A stretch of DNA of 64,000 nucleotides from Patescibacteria group bacterium (lineage in GTDB: Bacteria > Patescibacteriota > Minisyncoccia > Phycocordibacterales > PALSA-1337): positions 66,276 through 130,275 of the forward strand of contig JAGXAG010000002.1 of the NCBI GenBank assembly GCA_018971685.1. Direction: 5' to 3'. Numbering within the stretch: the first letter of the stretch is position 1; each line of letters opens with the position of its first letter. Below are positions 28,744-37,401 of the stretch, one piece after another. Position numbers and translations under genes: made by a program. The notes below the pieces were generated by a model. That model worked only from the letters and a program-made list of their open reading frames with translations, ran no database searches and had not been told where the DNA came from.

Positions 28744-29187
28744 CTACAGTTTCTTTTTTGGTTCACTGTTTTTCTCCATATAATCTACGAAAGCTTTTCC
28801 GAAAGTGCGGAATATTTCGGGAGCTTTTTGCGCATATTCCATGACTCGTTCAGGATTTGTCTTGTCGTAGTCGTGGACCAATAGGTTGCGGAATCTTGCC
28901 ATGTCCGCTTGTGCCTTGGCAAATTTTTCATTCACAATGCCGTATTCTCCAAGCGCTAGAATAACTTGTTCGTAAGTTGACGGGGTGTCGTGCGAGCCTT
29001 CCGCCAATAAATGCGAGCCAATGTCGATTATTATTTCTATGCTGATCTGTAAAAGATGCTCCAGCCCGTTATACAGCGGCCGATCTTTGCGAAGCTCGCT
29101 TTCTCTGTTTTTCATCAAATCATCGATAAAGTCGCTGTTTTGTTTTAATCTGAAAAGCTTGTCTTTGACTGTGTCGGCGTTGAACAT
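28744..29187 (-). CDS. hepT: HEPN-domain toxin HepT (DUF86)
   Basis: 147 aa with the HEPN R-x4-HxY motif (RFRNLLVHDYD) and a DUF86-like helical core. Confidence 0.7.
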   Translation of the reverse strand: MFNADTVKDKLFRLKQNSDFIDDLMKNRESELRKDRPLYNGLEHLLQISIEIIIDIGSHLLAEGSHDTPSTYEQVILALGEYGIVNEKFAKAQADMARFRNLLVHDYDKTNPERVMEYAQKAPEIFRTFGKAFVDYMEKNSEPKKKL

Positions 29188-29192
29188 GGTTT

Positions 29193-29609
29193 TTATTGAT
29201 GCGCGAATAAGTGTTTCAGAGCATTGCGTTGGTTCCGCCTTATTATTGAAGTATCTTCGTATTCACGCATTGCGCGGAATGCAATCATATTCGTCAGCAC
29301 TTTATCGTCATTGAATAACAAGACACCGTCATTGAACATCGCCGTATATCTTATGAAAGGATTAGCCATGGTGTCGAGATTAACCACATCGACTTTGTCT
29401 ATGCCGTATGTCTTCTCTAAACTTTCTCTAATATACTCGACTCGACTCTCTTGAACTTCTCTGGGCATATTCATCGGGAAAATTACAGCTAAATCTATGT
29501 CGCTTAAAGGTCCGGCGGTGCCGCGCGCAAGAGAACCGAAGAGGTATCCGGCAATAGCGCTATTTTTACGCATAATGTCGACAATTTGTTGTTTCTGCTC
29601 GTTAGTCAC
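29193..29609 (-). CDS. mntA: Minimal nucleotidyltransferase antitoxin MntA
   Basis: GSLARGTAGPLSDIDLAV (GS-x10-DxD nucleotidyltransferase motif), 5 nt upstream of hepT. Confidence 0.75.
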   Translation of the reverse strand: MTNEQKQQIVDIMRKNSAIAGYLFGSLARGTAGPLSDIDLAVIFPMNMPREVQESRVEYIRESLEKTYGIDKVDVVNLDTMANPFIRYTAMFNDGVLLFNDDKVLTNMIAFRAMREYEDTSIIRRNQRNALKHLFAHQ

Positions 29610-29674
29610 AAGCTAATAATAACACTTCCACCTTCAAATTCAAGGCTCGAGTGGCGCATGTCCGATCTTCATAT

Positions 29675-30265
29675 TTACAGATTGAATTCCCCAACTTTTA
29701 CTTTGGCCGGGCGCAAGAGCTTCCCATTCAAGGAATAGCCTTTTTGCGCCACCTCCATCACGCAATGGTCCAGTTTTTTATCATCGACCGGAATGGAGCC
29801 GACCGATTCGTGCTCGCCGTGGTCAAATCCGGAGCCGATGGCCGGGTCTATTTCTTTCAACCCCGCCTCGCCAAGCGCTTTCTTGAGCTGGTTGAAGATC
29901 GACTCAACGCCCACGCGCCAATTCTTGTCGACTTTTTCCCATGAATCCTTATGGCTTTTGGCCGTCTCGTAGTGTTCCAGTACGGGAATGATTTCGTGTA
30001 TCAATTGTTCGTTGGCGAACTTGGAAAACTCGATACGGTCCGCTTCGTCGCGTTTGCGGGCATTCACGAGATCCGCCTTGGCGCGTTGCCAGCCGGTCAG
30101 ATATTCTTGTTTTTCCGTCTCGCAAACTTTCAATTTCTCGCGGAGCTTCTTGATGGTTTCGGCCGCGTTCTCTTCGGCGATTACGGAATCATCGAGGTTT
30201 TCATCCGATTCGATTTTTATCCGGTCGTCTTTCATGTGTTTTATTATAAAATAACCAAGATACAA
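29675..30265 (-). CDS. grpE: Nucleotide exchange factor GrpE
   Basis: Coiled-coil N-terminus with GWQRAKADLVNARKR, and a C-terminal beta-domain. Confidence 0.85.
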   Translation of the reverse strand: MYLGYFIIKHMKDDRIKIESDENLDDSVIAEENAAETIKKLREKLKVCETEKQEYLTGWQRAKADLVNARKRDEADRIEFSKFANEQLIHEIIPVLEHYETAKSHKDSWEKVDKNWRVGVESIFNQLKKALGEAGLKEIDPAIGSGFDHGEHESVGSIPVDDKKLDHCVMEVAQKGYSLNGKLLRPAKVKVGEFNL

Positions 30266-30330
30266 TAATCAAACAAATTTCAAATTCCACTAACCAAAGT
30301 TGAAAATTTGTCTGCTTATTGGTTATTCGT

Positions 30331-30738
30331 CTAGCGTTTTGACCACTGTGGACTCTTTCTGGCTTTTTTCAAGCCGAACTTTCTGCGTTCCTTGGCCCTC
30401 GGATCTCTCTTCAGGAAACCGAGCTTCTTGACCTTGCCGCGCAATTCCGCGTCATAAATTATCAACGCCCTGGCAATGCCATGCCTCATGGCGTCCGCTT
30501 GCGCGGCAATACCGCCGCCTTCAAGTTTCACTGATATCCGAAATTTTTCGACCGGCTTGGCTTTCTCGATCGCTTCCATGGCGGTCATTTGCATTTCCTT
30601 GACCGGGAAGTAAGTCTCCAGTGATTTTTGGTTTATTTCATAAGCCGTCTTCGATTCCGGGAATAGGCGTACGCGGGCAATGGCCGTTTTGCGCCGGCCC
30701 ACCGCTTCATAATATTTGGCTGATGTTTTGCTTGGCAT
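30331..30738 (-). CDS. rpsI: 30S ribosomal protein S9
   Basis: The C-terminal ...KKARKSPQWSKR and overall S9 pattern. Confidence 0.9.
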   Translation of the reverse strand: MPSKTSAKYYEAVGRRKTAIARVRLFPESKTAYEINQKSLETYFPVKEMQMTAMEAIEKAKPVEKFRISVKLEGGGIAAQADAMRHGIARALIIYDAELRGKVKKLGFLKRDPRAKERRKFGLKKARKSPQWSKR

Positions 30739-30755
30739 TTTGTGTCGATGGTGCG

Positions 30756-31100
30756 TTATTCTTTGATAATCAATCTCTTCATCCTCTCATTACGCAATTT
30801 ATTATTCGGTAACATCTTTCGGATTGCCCGAGAATAGACTTCGCTCATGCCGCGCCGCACGATCAATTCCGCCAAAGTCTCTTTGTCCAATCCGCCGCGG
30901 TGGCCAGTATAAGTCACATAAATTTCGCTTTTTTTCTTCTTGGCAGTCATTTCTGTTTTGCCGGCGTTTATGATCTCGACATTGATATCCGCAACTTTAT
31001 TCTTGGCAAAACTCGTGGAATTTTTGCCGAGCAGCGCCTTGGCCGCTTCGCTCGCGATCCTGCCGATCTTTTTACCTTGTGCGTCAATGGTGTATTTCAT
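30756..31100 (-). CDS. rplM: 50S ribosomal protein L13
   Basis: MKYTIDAQGKKIGRIASEAAKAL matches the L13 N-terminus. Confidence 0.85.
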   Translation of the reverse strand: MKYTIDAQGKKIGRIASEAAKALLGKNSTSFAKNKVADINVEIINAGKTEMTAKKKKSEIYVTYTGHRGGLDKETLAELIVRRGMSEVYSRAIRKMLPNNKLRNERMKRLIIKE

Positions 31101-31118
31101 ATTCGTATATTCATATCT

Positions 31119-31469
31119 TTAAACAAATTCAATTATTGCCATTGGAGCGTTATCCAAATCCCTGTTCGGCAATTTGATGATGCGTATATAGCCGCCGGCA
31201 CGCTTCTCGTATTTCGGCGCTACGGTATCGAACAATTTCTTGATCTCCGGTGCCCCTTGCAATCTTGATAACAGCAATCGCCGCGACGCCACCGTATTTG
31301 ATTTCGCTTTGGTCACCATTTTCTCCACGAACGGACGCAATTCTTTGGCTTTCGCCAAAGTCGTCTTTATCCGGTTATCGCGTATCAGGTTGCGCGCCAA
31401 AGATCGCAGTAGAGCATGGCGTTGGTTCTTTTCTCGGCCGAATTTCCGTGTGTTATTTGAGTGTCTCAT
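31119..31469 (-). CDS. rplQ: 50S ribosomal protein L17
   Basis: MRHSNNTRKFGREKNQRHALLRSLARNLI. Confidence 0.9.
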   Translation of the reverse strand: MRHSNNTRKFGREKNQRHALLRSLARNLIRDNRIKTTLAKAKELRPFVEKMVTKAKSNTVASRRLLLSRLQGAPEIKKLFDTVAPKYEKRAGGYIRIIKLPNRDLDNAPMAIIEFV

Positions 31470-31530
31470 TTTTTGTAATTTATCACCACCGCGAATGCTG
31501 GACCACGGATTTTGTGATAATAATAAATGT

Positions 31531-32502
31531 TTATTGCCTCAGCGATATCCCATATTGTGCCAATAATTTCTTTATTTCCTGCATACCTTTTGCTCCCAAT
31601 CCATCCACATCCATAAGATCAGCCTCCTTTTTACGCGCCAAGCCGCCTAATGTGCGGATATTGGCATTGGCAAGCGCTTTTGTTGTCCGTGAAGACAACC
31701 CGAAAGTATCGATGCGTGTTTTCATCAGTTCCGCATCCAATTCTGCCTTTTTGGACTTATCGGTATCGCCAACTTCCTCATCTTCCTTCTTAATAATATT
31801 TTCTTCACTTATTTCCTTGAAACCTACAATGGCTTTCAGTTGCTCTATCATGAGCGTTATGGACTTTTCTATGGCTTCGCGCGGGCTCAAAGTACCGTCG
31901 GTTTCTACCATAATACGCAAGCGATTGAAATCGGTCCTGTCGCCCACACGCATATTTTCCACCTCGTAGTTTGCTCTGCGGATTGGCGTGAAAGCTGCAT
32001 CCAAGGCGATTGCGCCTATTTCGACACGATCTTTCGGTGATGCTTCTTTTTGAACAAAACCTAAACCTTTTTCCACAGTCATTTCCAGGTTAATTTCGGC
32101 GTTTTTGTCCGTAAGTGACGCTATGTGCAATTCTGGATTGAGCACTTCCGCCTGGCCGGGCGCATCAATATCCTTGGCGGAAACTTGCCTGACACCTTTG
32201 ATTTTGAGTGACAGTGTTTGCGGCTCATCGGTGTTGAGCCGGATGCGTAATTTCTTCAAATTCAAAAGTATAGTAATGACATCTTCCTTGATTCCGTTGA
32301 TGGCTGAAAATTCGTGATCTACACCGGCTATCTTGACATGCGTAACAGCCGCGCCCGGTAAGGACGACAATATTATTCGGCGTAAAGAATTACCCAATGT
32401 GTGGCCGTAACCGGGATAAAGACCGTCTATCTCATAAACTCCAGAAAGACTATCTTCACGGATGACCTTGGGTTGAGACGGTAAAACGATTTCGTGATTC
32501 AT
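31531..32502 (-). CDS. rpoA: DNA-directed RNA polymerase alpha subunit
   Basis: GHTLGNSLRRILLSSLPGAAV in the N-terminal domain and a C-terminal domain with an HhH. Confidence 0.9.
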   Translation of the reverse strand: MNHEIVLPSQPKVIREDSLSGVYEIDGLYPGYGHTLGNSLRRIILSSLPGAAVTHVKIAGVDHEFSAINGIKEDVITILLNLKKLRIRLNTDEPQTLSLKIKGVRQVSAKDIDAPGQAEVLNPELHIASLTDKNAEINLEMTVEKGLGFVQKEASPKDRVEIGAIALDAAFTPIRRANYEVENMRVGDRTDFNRLRIMVETDGTLSPREAIEKSITLMIEQLKAIVGFKEISEENIIKKEDEEVGDTDKSKKAELDAELMKTRIDTFGLSSRTTKALANANIRTLGGLARKKEADLMDVDGLGAKGMQEIKKLLAQYGISLRQ

Positions 32503-32560
32503 GTGATTTGTTTTAATTATAAAAATAGGCTTTTAATATTGCACAAAAAATAATACTTGT

Positions 32561-33175
32561 CTAGCGTGTGTAGAACTCTAGCACCGATCTAATGTCAAAA
32601 AGCAGCTCGGATTGATCGGCCACGCCCGGTTCACCGACAATTTCAACTTCTTTCTTTTCGAGATCGACCTTCAGCCACGATGGCCATTGGGTATTCTTCA
32701 ACTCTTCCTCGAGTTTGGAAAAGACAGCTTTGTTCATACTGCCGGCGCGAATAGTTATTTTGTCCCCAACCTTAACTTTAAAAGACGGTATCGACACAGA
32801 TATGCCATTAATTCTGAAATGTCCATGTGCAGCCAATTGCCTAGCCGCGGCTCTAGTTGGAGCGAAACCAGCCCTTAGAATAGTGTTGTCCAAACGACCC
32901 TCTAGTGCGCCCAACAGATTCTTGGCATTATCTCCTTTTGTAACTAAAGCCTTTTTCACATAATTGCCGAATTGGCCGCTGGATACGCCGTAATTGAAAC
33001 GCGCTTTTTGCATTTCTAGCATCTGCCTGCCATATTCGCTTTTGCCGCCGCGGCGACCGCGCTTTTTGTTCTTATTTTTTTTCTGCGAACGGAAAGCAAA
33101 CTTTTGTGTCTGTGTTTTTCGGAAAATCGGTGCTCCGAGATATCTTGCCTTTTTGTATCTTGGTCCTATTTGCAT
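32561..33175 (-). CDS. rpsD: 30S ribosomal protein S4
   Basis: MQIGPRYKKARYLG and an S4 domain. Confidence 0.9.
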   Translation of the reverse strand: MQIGPRYKKARYLGAPIFRKTQTQKFAFRSQKKNKNKKRGRRGGKSEYGRQMLEMQKARFNYGVSSGQFGNYVKKALVTKGDNAKNLLGALEGRLDNTILRAGFAPTRAAARQLAAHGHFRINGISVSIPSFKVKVGDKITIRAGSMNKAVFSKLEEELKNTQWPSWLKVDLEKKEVEIVGEPGVADQSELLFDIRSVLEFYTR

Positions 33176-33238
33176 GGTTTTTAATAAATTAATCTATAAA
33201 GAATATGCTACGCATTATAAAAATATCACTCATCAATG

Positions 33239-33670
33239 TTAAACACGCCGCGGCTTCTTCGGTGTCGGGCCATTGTGCGGTACCGGAGTTTCATCTTTTA
33301 TGGAATTGACTATAAATCCTTTGCCTATAAATCCTCGCACAGCGGATTCGCGACCAGAACCGACACCTTTTATAACCACATCGATTTCTTTCAGTCCTAG
33401 AACTTGAGCTTTGACTGCCAAATTTTCGCCAACCTTCGCCGCGGCAAACGGCGTGCCTTTTTTGGCGCCTCTAAATCCTGCCGCGCCGCTCGAACCCCAT
33501 GCCAGAGCGTTGCCGTTCTTATCGGCAAGCAGTAATTTGGTATTGTTGTAAGTCGATTGCACGAATAAAATGCCGGCTTCAATCCTCTTTTTTACCGAAC
33601 CGGAAGCAGCCTTCGGCTTTGTTTCCGAATTTTCACCCGCGCTGTTCATGACTAACCTCTTTTTTCCCAT
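33239..33670 (-). CDS. rpsK: 30S ribosomal protein S11
   Basis: The S11 core (GSGRESAVRGF, AGFRGAKKGTPFAA). Confidence 0.9.
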   Translation of the reverse strand: MGKKRLVMNSAGENSETKPKAASGSVKKRIEAGILFVQSTYNNTKLLLADKNGNALAWGSSGAAGFRGAKKGTPFAAAKVGENLAVKAQVLGLKEIDVVIKGVGSGRESAVRGFIGKGFIVNSIKDETPVPHNGPTPKKPRRV

Positions 33671-33698
33671 GGTTTTTATTGTTTTGCTTGCTATTTAA

Positions 33699-34079
33699 TT
33701 ATGTTTTTTCCTCTTTCCTCTTGCCTGAACCCATTGTCTTTCTAACATTACCTCTGACTGTCCTCGAATTGGTCTTGGTCCTTTGTCCCCTGGTTGGCAA
33801 ATGCCTGGCATGTCTGACGCCGCGATACGCCTTGATATCTTTCAATCTCTTGATGTTTCCACCAACCTCCCTCTTAAGGTCGCCTTCGATCTTGTAACTT
33901 TCCACAAGCTTGCGAACCTCATTTTCTTTCTCGACCGACAACTGTCCCGGTTTGATCCCCGGATTGACTTTGGTCTTCAATAAAATGTGTTTTGCCCTCG
34001 ATCGGCCAACACCGTAAATAGCTGTCAGCGCGATTTCCATTCTTTTATTTTCAGGCAATGTTATTCCCAGTATTCTCAT
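33699..34079 (-). CDS. rpsM: 30S ribosomal protein S13
   Basis: MRILGITLPENKRMEIALTAIYGVGRSRA. Confidence 0.9.
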   Translation of the reverse strand: MRILGITLPENKRMEIALTAIYGVGRSRAKHILLKTKVNPGIKPGQLSVEKENEVRKLVESYKIEGDLKREVGGNIKRLKDIKAYRGVRHARHLPTRGQRTKTNSRTVRGNVRKTMGSGKRKEEKT

Positions 34080-34113
34080 TGTTGTTTTTATTCGTAAATC
34101 TTAAATCAGATCT

Positions 34114-34230
34114 TTATCCCTGTCTCTGCTTATGCCTAGGATTGGCTTTGCATATTACATACAAATATCCGCCCCTGCGGACCATTTTGCATTTGGCGCA
34201 TATCTTTTTTACCGAAGCTTTGACCTTCAT
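34114..34230 (-). CDS. rpmJ: 50S ribosomal protein L36 (not in the ORF track; translated by hand)
   Basis: The minus strand encodes [38 protein letters not shown], with the L36 C-x2-C ... C-x4-H zinc ribbon. Confidence 0.85.
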   Translation of the reverse strand: MKVKASVKKICAKCKMVRRGGYLYVICKANPRHKQRQG

Positions 34231-34254
34231 TTAAAATGTTGCTTAAATTTACAC

Positions 34255-34491
34255 TTATATTCTGCGCGTAATTCTGGCTTTACCGCCATATTGGTCCTGT
34301 TCCAATTCCACATGATCGCCAACGAGCACTCTAATACGATGCATCCTCATTTTGCCGGCCAAGTAAGCCAGCACGGTTTCCTTGGAGCCATCTTCTTTGC
34401 TCTGATCAAATTCGACTCGAAACAAAGTATCCGGCAACGCTTCCGTCACGGTACCGGTCGACAGCTTTTTTGATTGGGGCGCAATATTCAT
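34255..34491 (-). CDS. infA: Translation initiation factor IF-1
   Basis: GTVTEALPDTLFRVEFD...YLAGKMRMHRIRVLVGDHVELE (S1-like OB fold). The ATG at complement 34489-34491 is preferred over the upstream track start. Confidence 0.85.
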   Translation of the reverse strand: MNIAPQSKKLSTGTVTEALPDTLFRVEFDQSKEDGSKETVLAYLAGKMRMHRIRVLVGDHVELEQDQYGGKARITRRI

Positions 34492-34593
34492 GCTTTGTGC
34501 GCGTTTGCTATCATAGCAAAATACCATATAATTTGTCAATTATCTGACCTTAGTCAGCAACGACGCTACATCAATCTACTTCAATATTTTTAA

Positions 34594-35532
34594 TTATACA
34601 AGACTCTTCTCCTTCCTGAAAATCAATAGCCGAAATACGGTTATGGGTTTGCTTCCATGCATATCGATGCTCTTTGTTAACTTAAAACCGGCCTTATTCG
34701 CTGCTTCGACGATATCTCCTAAGGGTCGAAAAATGTCATAGATAGTCCCTTCCTCGTAAACAGTTTTCGGCGTTTCCATACTCAGCGATTTGTGTGGCCG
34801 CTCCGAATTGTAGAAGTCGAAGTAGGCGGCGAGATTCAATCTTGCATCCTCAATATTTTCATACGACTTGATGTACACGTCCTCATACTTCACTGATCTC
34901 CACAACCTTTCCGTAAAGATGTTGTCCATGCACCGGCCTCTGCCGTCCATGGATATCTTCACGCCGTTTCCAGCGAGCAATCCGGTGAAATCATCGCCGG
35001 TGAATTGGCTGCCCTGGTCCGTGTTGGAGATTTCCGGCGCACCATACGTTTCAATCGCCGTTCTCATTGCCCCGACGCAGAAGTCAGATTCCATGGTATG
35101 CGACAGCGCCCAGCCGACGACATATCTGCTCCACCAGTCGAGGATGGCATACAGGTAACAGAAGCCATGAGCCAGTCGAATGTAGGTGATGTCACTGCCC
35201 CAGATGTGGTTCGGGTGCTCGGGACCGATATGCCGCAGAAGGTACGGGTAGAGTTTGTGGTTTGGGTTTTTAACGCTTGTTTTCTTCGTTTTTGGGTAGA
35301 TCGCCTCCAAACCCATGAGGCTCATCAGCCGGCGCACATGGTCGCGGCCAATCGTAACGTCGTATTTCTTTCCAAGATCATGCCGGATGCGGCGGGAGCC
35401 GTAGAAGGGGCGCTTGGTAAAGATTTCGTCGATTGCCTTCATAATTGCGATGTCGGCTTCGTTCACCCTTGGCTCGTAGTAGAAGCTGGCCCTGGAGATT
35501 CCGAGAAGCCCTGTCTGCCTGGTGATGCTCAT
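34594..35532 (-). CDS. IS3-family transposase OrfB (integrase core, DDE)
   Basis: HIWGSDITYI ... DQGSQFT ... ERLWRSVKYE, the rve-domain catalytic triad context. Confidence 0.85.
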   Translation of the reverse strand: MSITRQTGLLGISRASFYYEPRVNEADIAIMKAIDEIFTKRPFYGSRRIRHDLGKKYDVTIGRDHVRRLMSLMGLEAIYPKTKKTSVKNPNHKLYPYLLRHIGPEHPNHIWGSDITYIRLAHGFCYLYAILDWWSRYVVGWALSHTMESDFCVGAMRTAIETYGAPEISNTDQGSQFTGDDFTGLLAGNGVKISMDGRGRCMDNIFTERLWRSVKYEDVYIKSYENIEDARLNLAAYFDFYNSERPHKSLSMETPKTVYEEGTIYDIFRPLGDIVEAANKAGFKLTKSIDMHGSKPITVFRLLIFRKEKSLV

Positions 35533-35569
35533 ATTTGATTGTGAAGGAACGACTAAATTCAGACGCGTC

Positions 35570-35854
35570 TCATGTTCCCAGTCTCTGCATATTTTTTTTC
35601 ATCCATTCCAGCTCCGTGTCGCGTTGGCCGATTACCTTGTAAAGCTCCTCGATGAGCTTGTCCCTGTCCTCGAATTCCTTCTTCATCTTGCCACTGAAGA
35701 GCGAGGACGCACCTTCGAGGAGTCGACGCTTCCAGAATCCGATCTGGGTCGTGTGCACCCCGTAGGTGCCGGCGATTTCTGTGGGCGACTTCATGCCCTT
35801 TAAGGCCTCAAGTGCGACCTTGGCTTTGTAATCTGGTGAGAATTGTTTTTTCAT
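35570..35854 (-). CDS. IS3-family transposase OrfA (HTH)
   Basis: MKKQFSPDYKAKVALEALKGMKSPTEIAGTYGVHTTQIGFWKRRL plus a leucine-zipper-like C-terminus. Confidence 0.8.
   Translation of the reverse strand: MKKQFSPDYKAKVALEALKGMKSPTEIAGTYGVHTTQIGFWKRRLLEGASSLFSGKMKKEFEDRDKLIEELYKVIGQRDTELEWMKKNMQRLGT
35592..35599 (-). promoter_or_regulatory. Programmed -1 ribosomal frameshift slippery site (A8 on the coding strand) that would fuse OrfA to OrfB
   Basis: A T8 run on the plus strand, 7 codons before the orfA stop, with orfB open in the -1 frame. Confidence 0.5.
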
Positions 35855-36081
35855 GGTGGTATTTTACCACCTCTGATCTCAGAGAGCTGTCTAAATTTCC
35901 CAGACCACTATATTTTCCGCGAGCCATTTTCCTTCCAAGATGATGGCAGGTATGCCATATCTCCTGTAAGTGATCGCCCGCGATGTTTTTAGCTTTTTCA
36001 TCGGTTGCATCTGGCCGTCTAGATTCGGCCTATCCCATAAGGGACAATGAATTGCTTGGCTGATAAATTTCGACCTTTGCG

Positions 36082-36113
36082 GCAAGCTTTCCAGGGCAAC
36101 AAAAAAGCCCTGT
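36082..36113 (-). terminator. Rho-independent terminator downstream of gap
   Basis: On the minus strand, the hairpin CCTGTTGAACACAGG is followed by GCTTTTTTG. Confidence 0.45.
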
Positions 36114-36157
36114 GTTCAACAGGACTTTGATGTTAAATGATTAGATTTTCAGCCTTT

Positions 36158-37189
36158 TTATATGAGTCTTCCTGCAGCGATCACATGGCGCACAAGGGTA
36201 TGGGTATACCCCATTTCGTTATCATACCACCCCAGCACTTTGACCAAGTTGCCGTCGACAACTCTCGTCATCTCCAGGTCGGCAATGGAGGCGTGGCGAT
36301 TGCCGACGATGTCGTGAGAGACCAAGGGCTCTTCGGTGACAGTGAATATGCCGTTCCACCTGGGCTCGGCGGCCGCTTTCTTGAGAATGGAATTAACCTC
36401 CTCCACGGTGGTGTTGCGCTTGGCGATGAATGTCACATCCGCTATGGAACCCGTAACAACCGGAACCCTGATGGAAATGCCGTCGAACTTCCCACTCAGC
36501 TGGGTGGCGACTTTGGTCACGGCGATGGCGGCGCCCGTGGAGGAAGGCACCATATTCATGGCCGCGGCGCGGCCTTCACGCAGATCCTTCTTGGAAGGAC
36601 CATCAACCAAGGCCTGGGAGGCCGTATAGGCGTGAACAGTATTCAGAATGGCCTTCTCTATGCCTATAGTCTCATCCATGATGGCGATGATCGGGCTTGA
36701 TGCGTTTGTCGTACAAGAAGCGTTGGAAGAAACCTTGCATGATTCGAGCTTGTCTTCATTCATAGCCATGAGAATAGTCTCCCCTTTTAGGGCCGCATCC
36801 GGCGCATCATTGATCGGAGCCGATATGACTACCCTCTTGGCTCCGGCATCGAGATGCACCTGAGATTTTTCGGCGGAAGTGAATAGTCCTGTCGATTCCA
36901 CGACGACATCAATGTCCAATTTCTTCCACGGCAGTTTGGTCGGATCCTTCTCGCTCAAGAATAACACTTCCTGGCCATCTACGACCATTGAATTGTTTTT
37001 TTCATTCACGGAAACCTCGAACGGACTCACGCCGTATGCCGTGTCATATTTCAAGAGATAAGCGAAATTGTCGATCTTGCCCAAGTCATTGACCGCCACC
37101 ACTTCCAATTCTTGCCTCTCTCTGGCCACTTTCAGGAAAGCCCTGCCTATCCTGCCGAAACCGTTGATTGCTACGCGTATTTTTTTCAT
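36158..37189 (-). CDS. gap: Glyceraldehyde-3-phosphate dehydrogenase
   Basis: MKKIRVAINGFGRIGR (Rossmann fold) and the catalytic SNASCTTN. Confidence 0.9.
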   Translation of the reverse strand: MKKIRVAINGFGRIGRAFLKVARERQELEVVAVNDLGKIDNFAYLLKYDTAYGVSPFEVSVNEKNNSMVVDGQEVLFLSEKDPTKLPWKKLDIDVVVESTGLFTSAEKSQVHLDAGAKRVVISAPINDAPDAALKGETILMAMNEDKLESCKVSSNASCTTNASSPIIAIMDETIGIEKAILNTVHAYTASQALVDGPSKKDLREGRAAAMNMVPSSTGAAIAVTKVATQLSGKFDGISIRVPVVTGSIADVTFIAKRNTTVEEVNSILKKAAAEPRWNGIFTVTEEPLVSHDIVGNRHASIADLEMTRVVDGNLVKVLGWYDNEMGYTHTLVRHVIAAGRLI

Positions 37190-37284
37190 GATATTTGAAA
37201 ATAAATTGTTAAAACTTTCCCTTGTTTTTTAATTGCATCTATTATATCATAATATATGGTATGAACATGAACTACTGGATTAAG

Positions 37285-37363
37285 AAAAACGCCTTGCGTC
37301 CGGTTGCTCGTTGTAGCTCCGGATGCAGGCTTGGGCGAGGATTCCAACAGGGGATCCTTGCCC
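37285..37363 (-). terminator. Structured GC-rich 3' region of pyrD: a 10-bp hairpin (37333-37363) plus a short hairpin CGCAAGGCG followed by T5 (37285-37298)
   Basis: Hairpins and a U-tract read on the minus strand between the pyrD stop and the gap promoter. Confidence 0.35.
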
Positions 37364-37401
37364 ATTTTTAATCAAATTATATTTGAATCCTGACAAAATA
37401 T

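Larger units (their letters stand above)
34594..35854 (-). mobile_element. IS3-family insertion sequence (orfA plus orfB with a -1 frameshift). Terminal inverted repeats were not resolved; the true ends probably lie ~30-170 bp beyond the ORFs.
   Basis: An HTH OrfA and a DDE/rve OrfB overlapping in the -1 frame with an A8 slippery run. It is inserted directly upstream of infA. Confidence 0.7.

Noticed and set aside
30266-30330. Search for a CIRCE/HrcA operator (TTAGCACTC-N9-GAGTGCTAA) upstream of grpE, dnaK and groES
   Set aside because: No match was found. Only a GTGCAC palindrome near the groES leader, which is not CIRCE.
35891-36085. A 64-aa minus-strand ORF between the IS and gap whose ...RYGIPAIILEGK... 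loosely recalls the adenylate kinase EKYGIPxISTGD segment
   Set aside because: It has no P-loop (GxPGxGKGT) or other Adk motifs. It may lie inside the IS left end, and a single weak patch is insufficient evidence.
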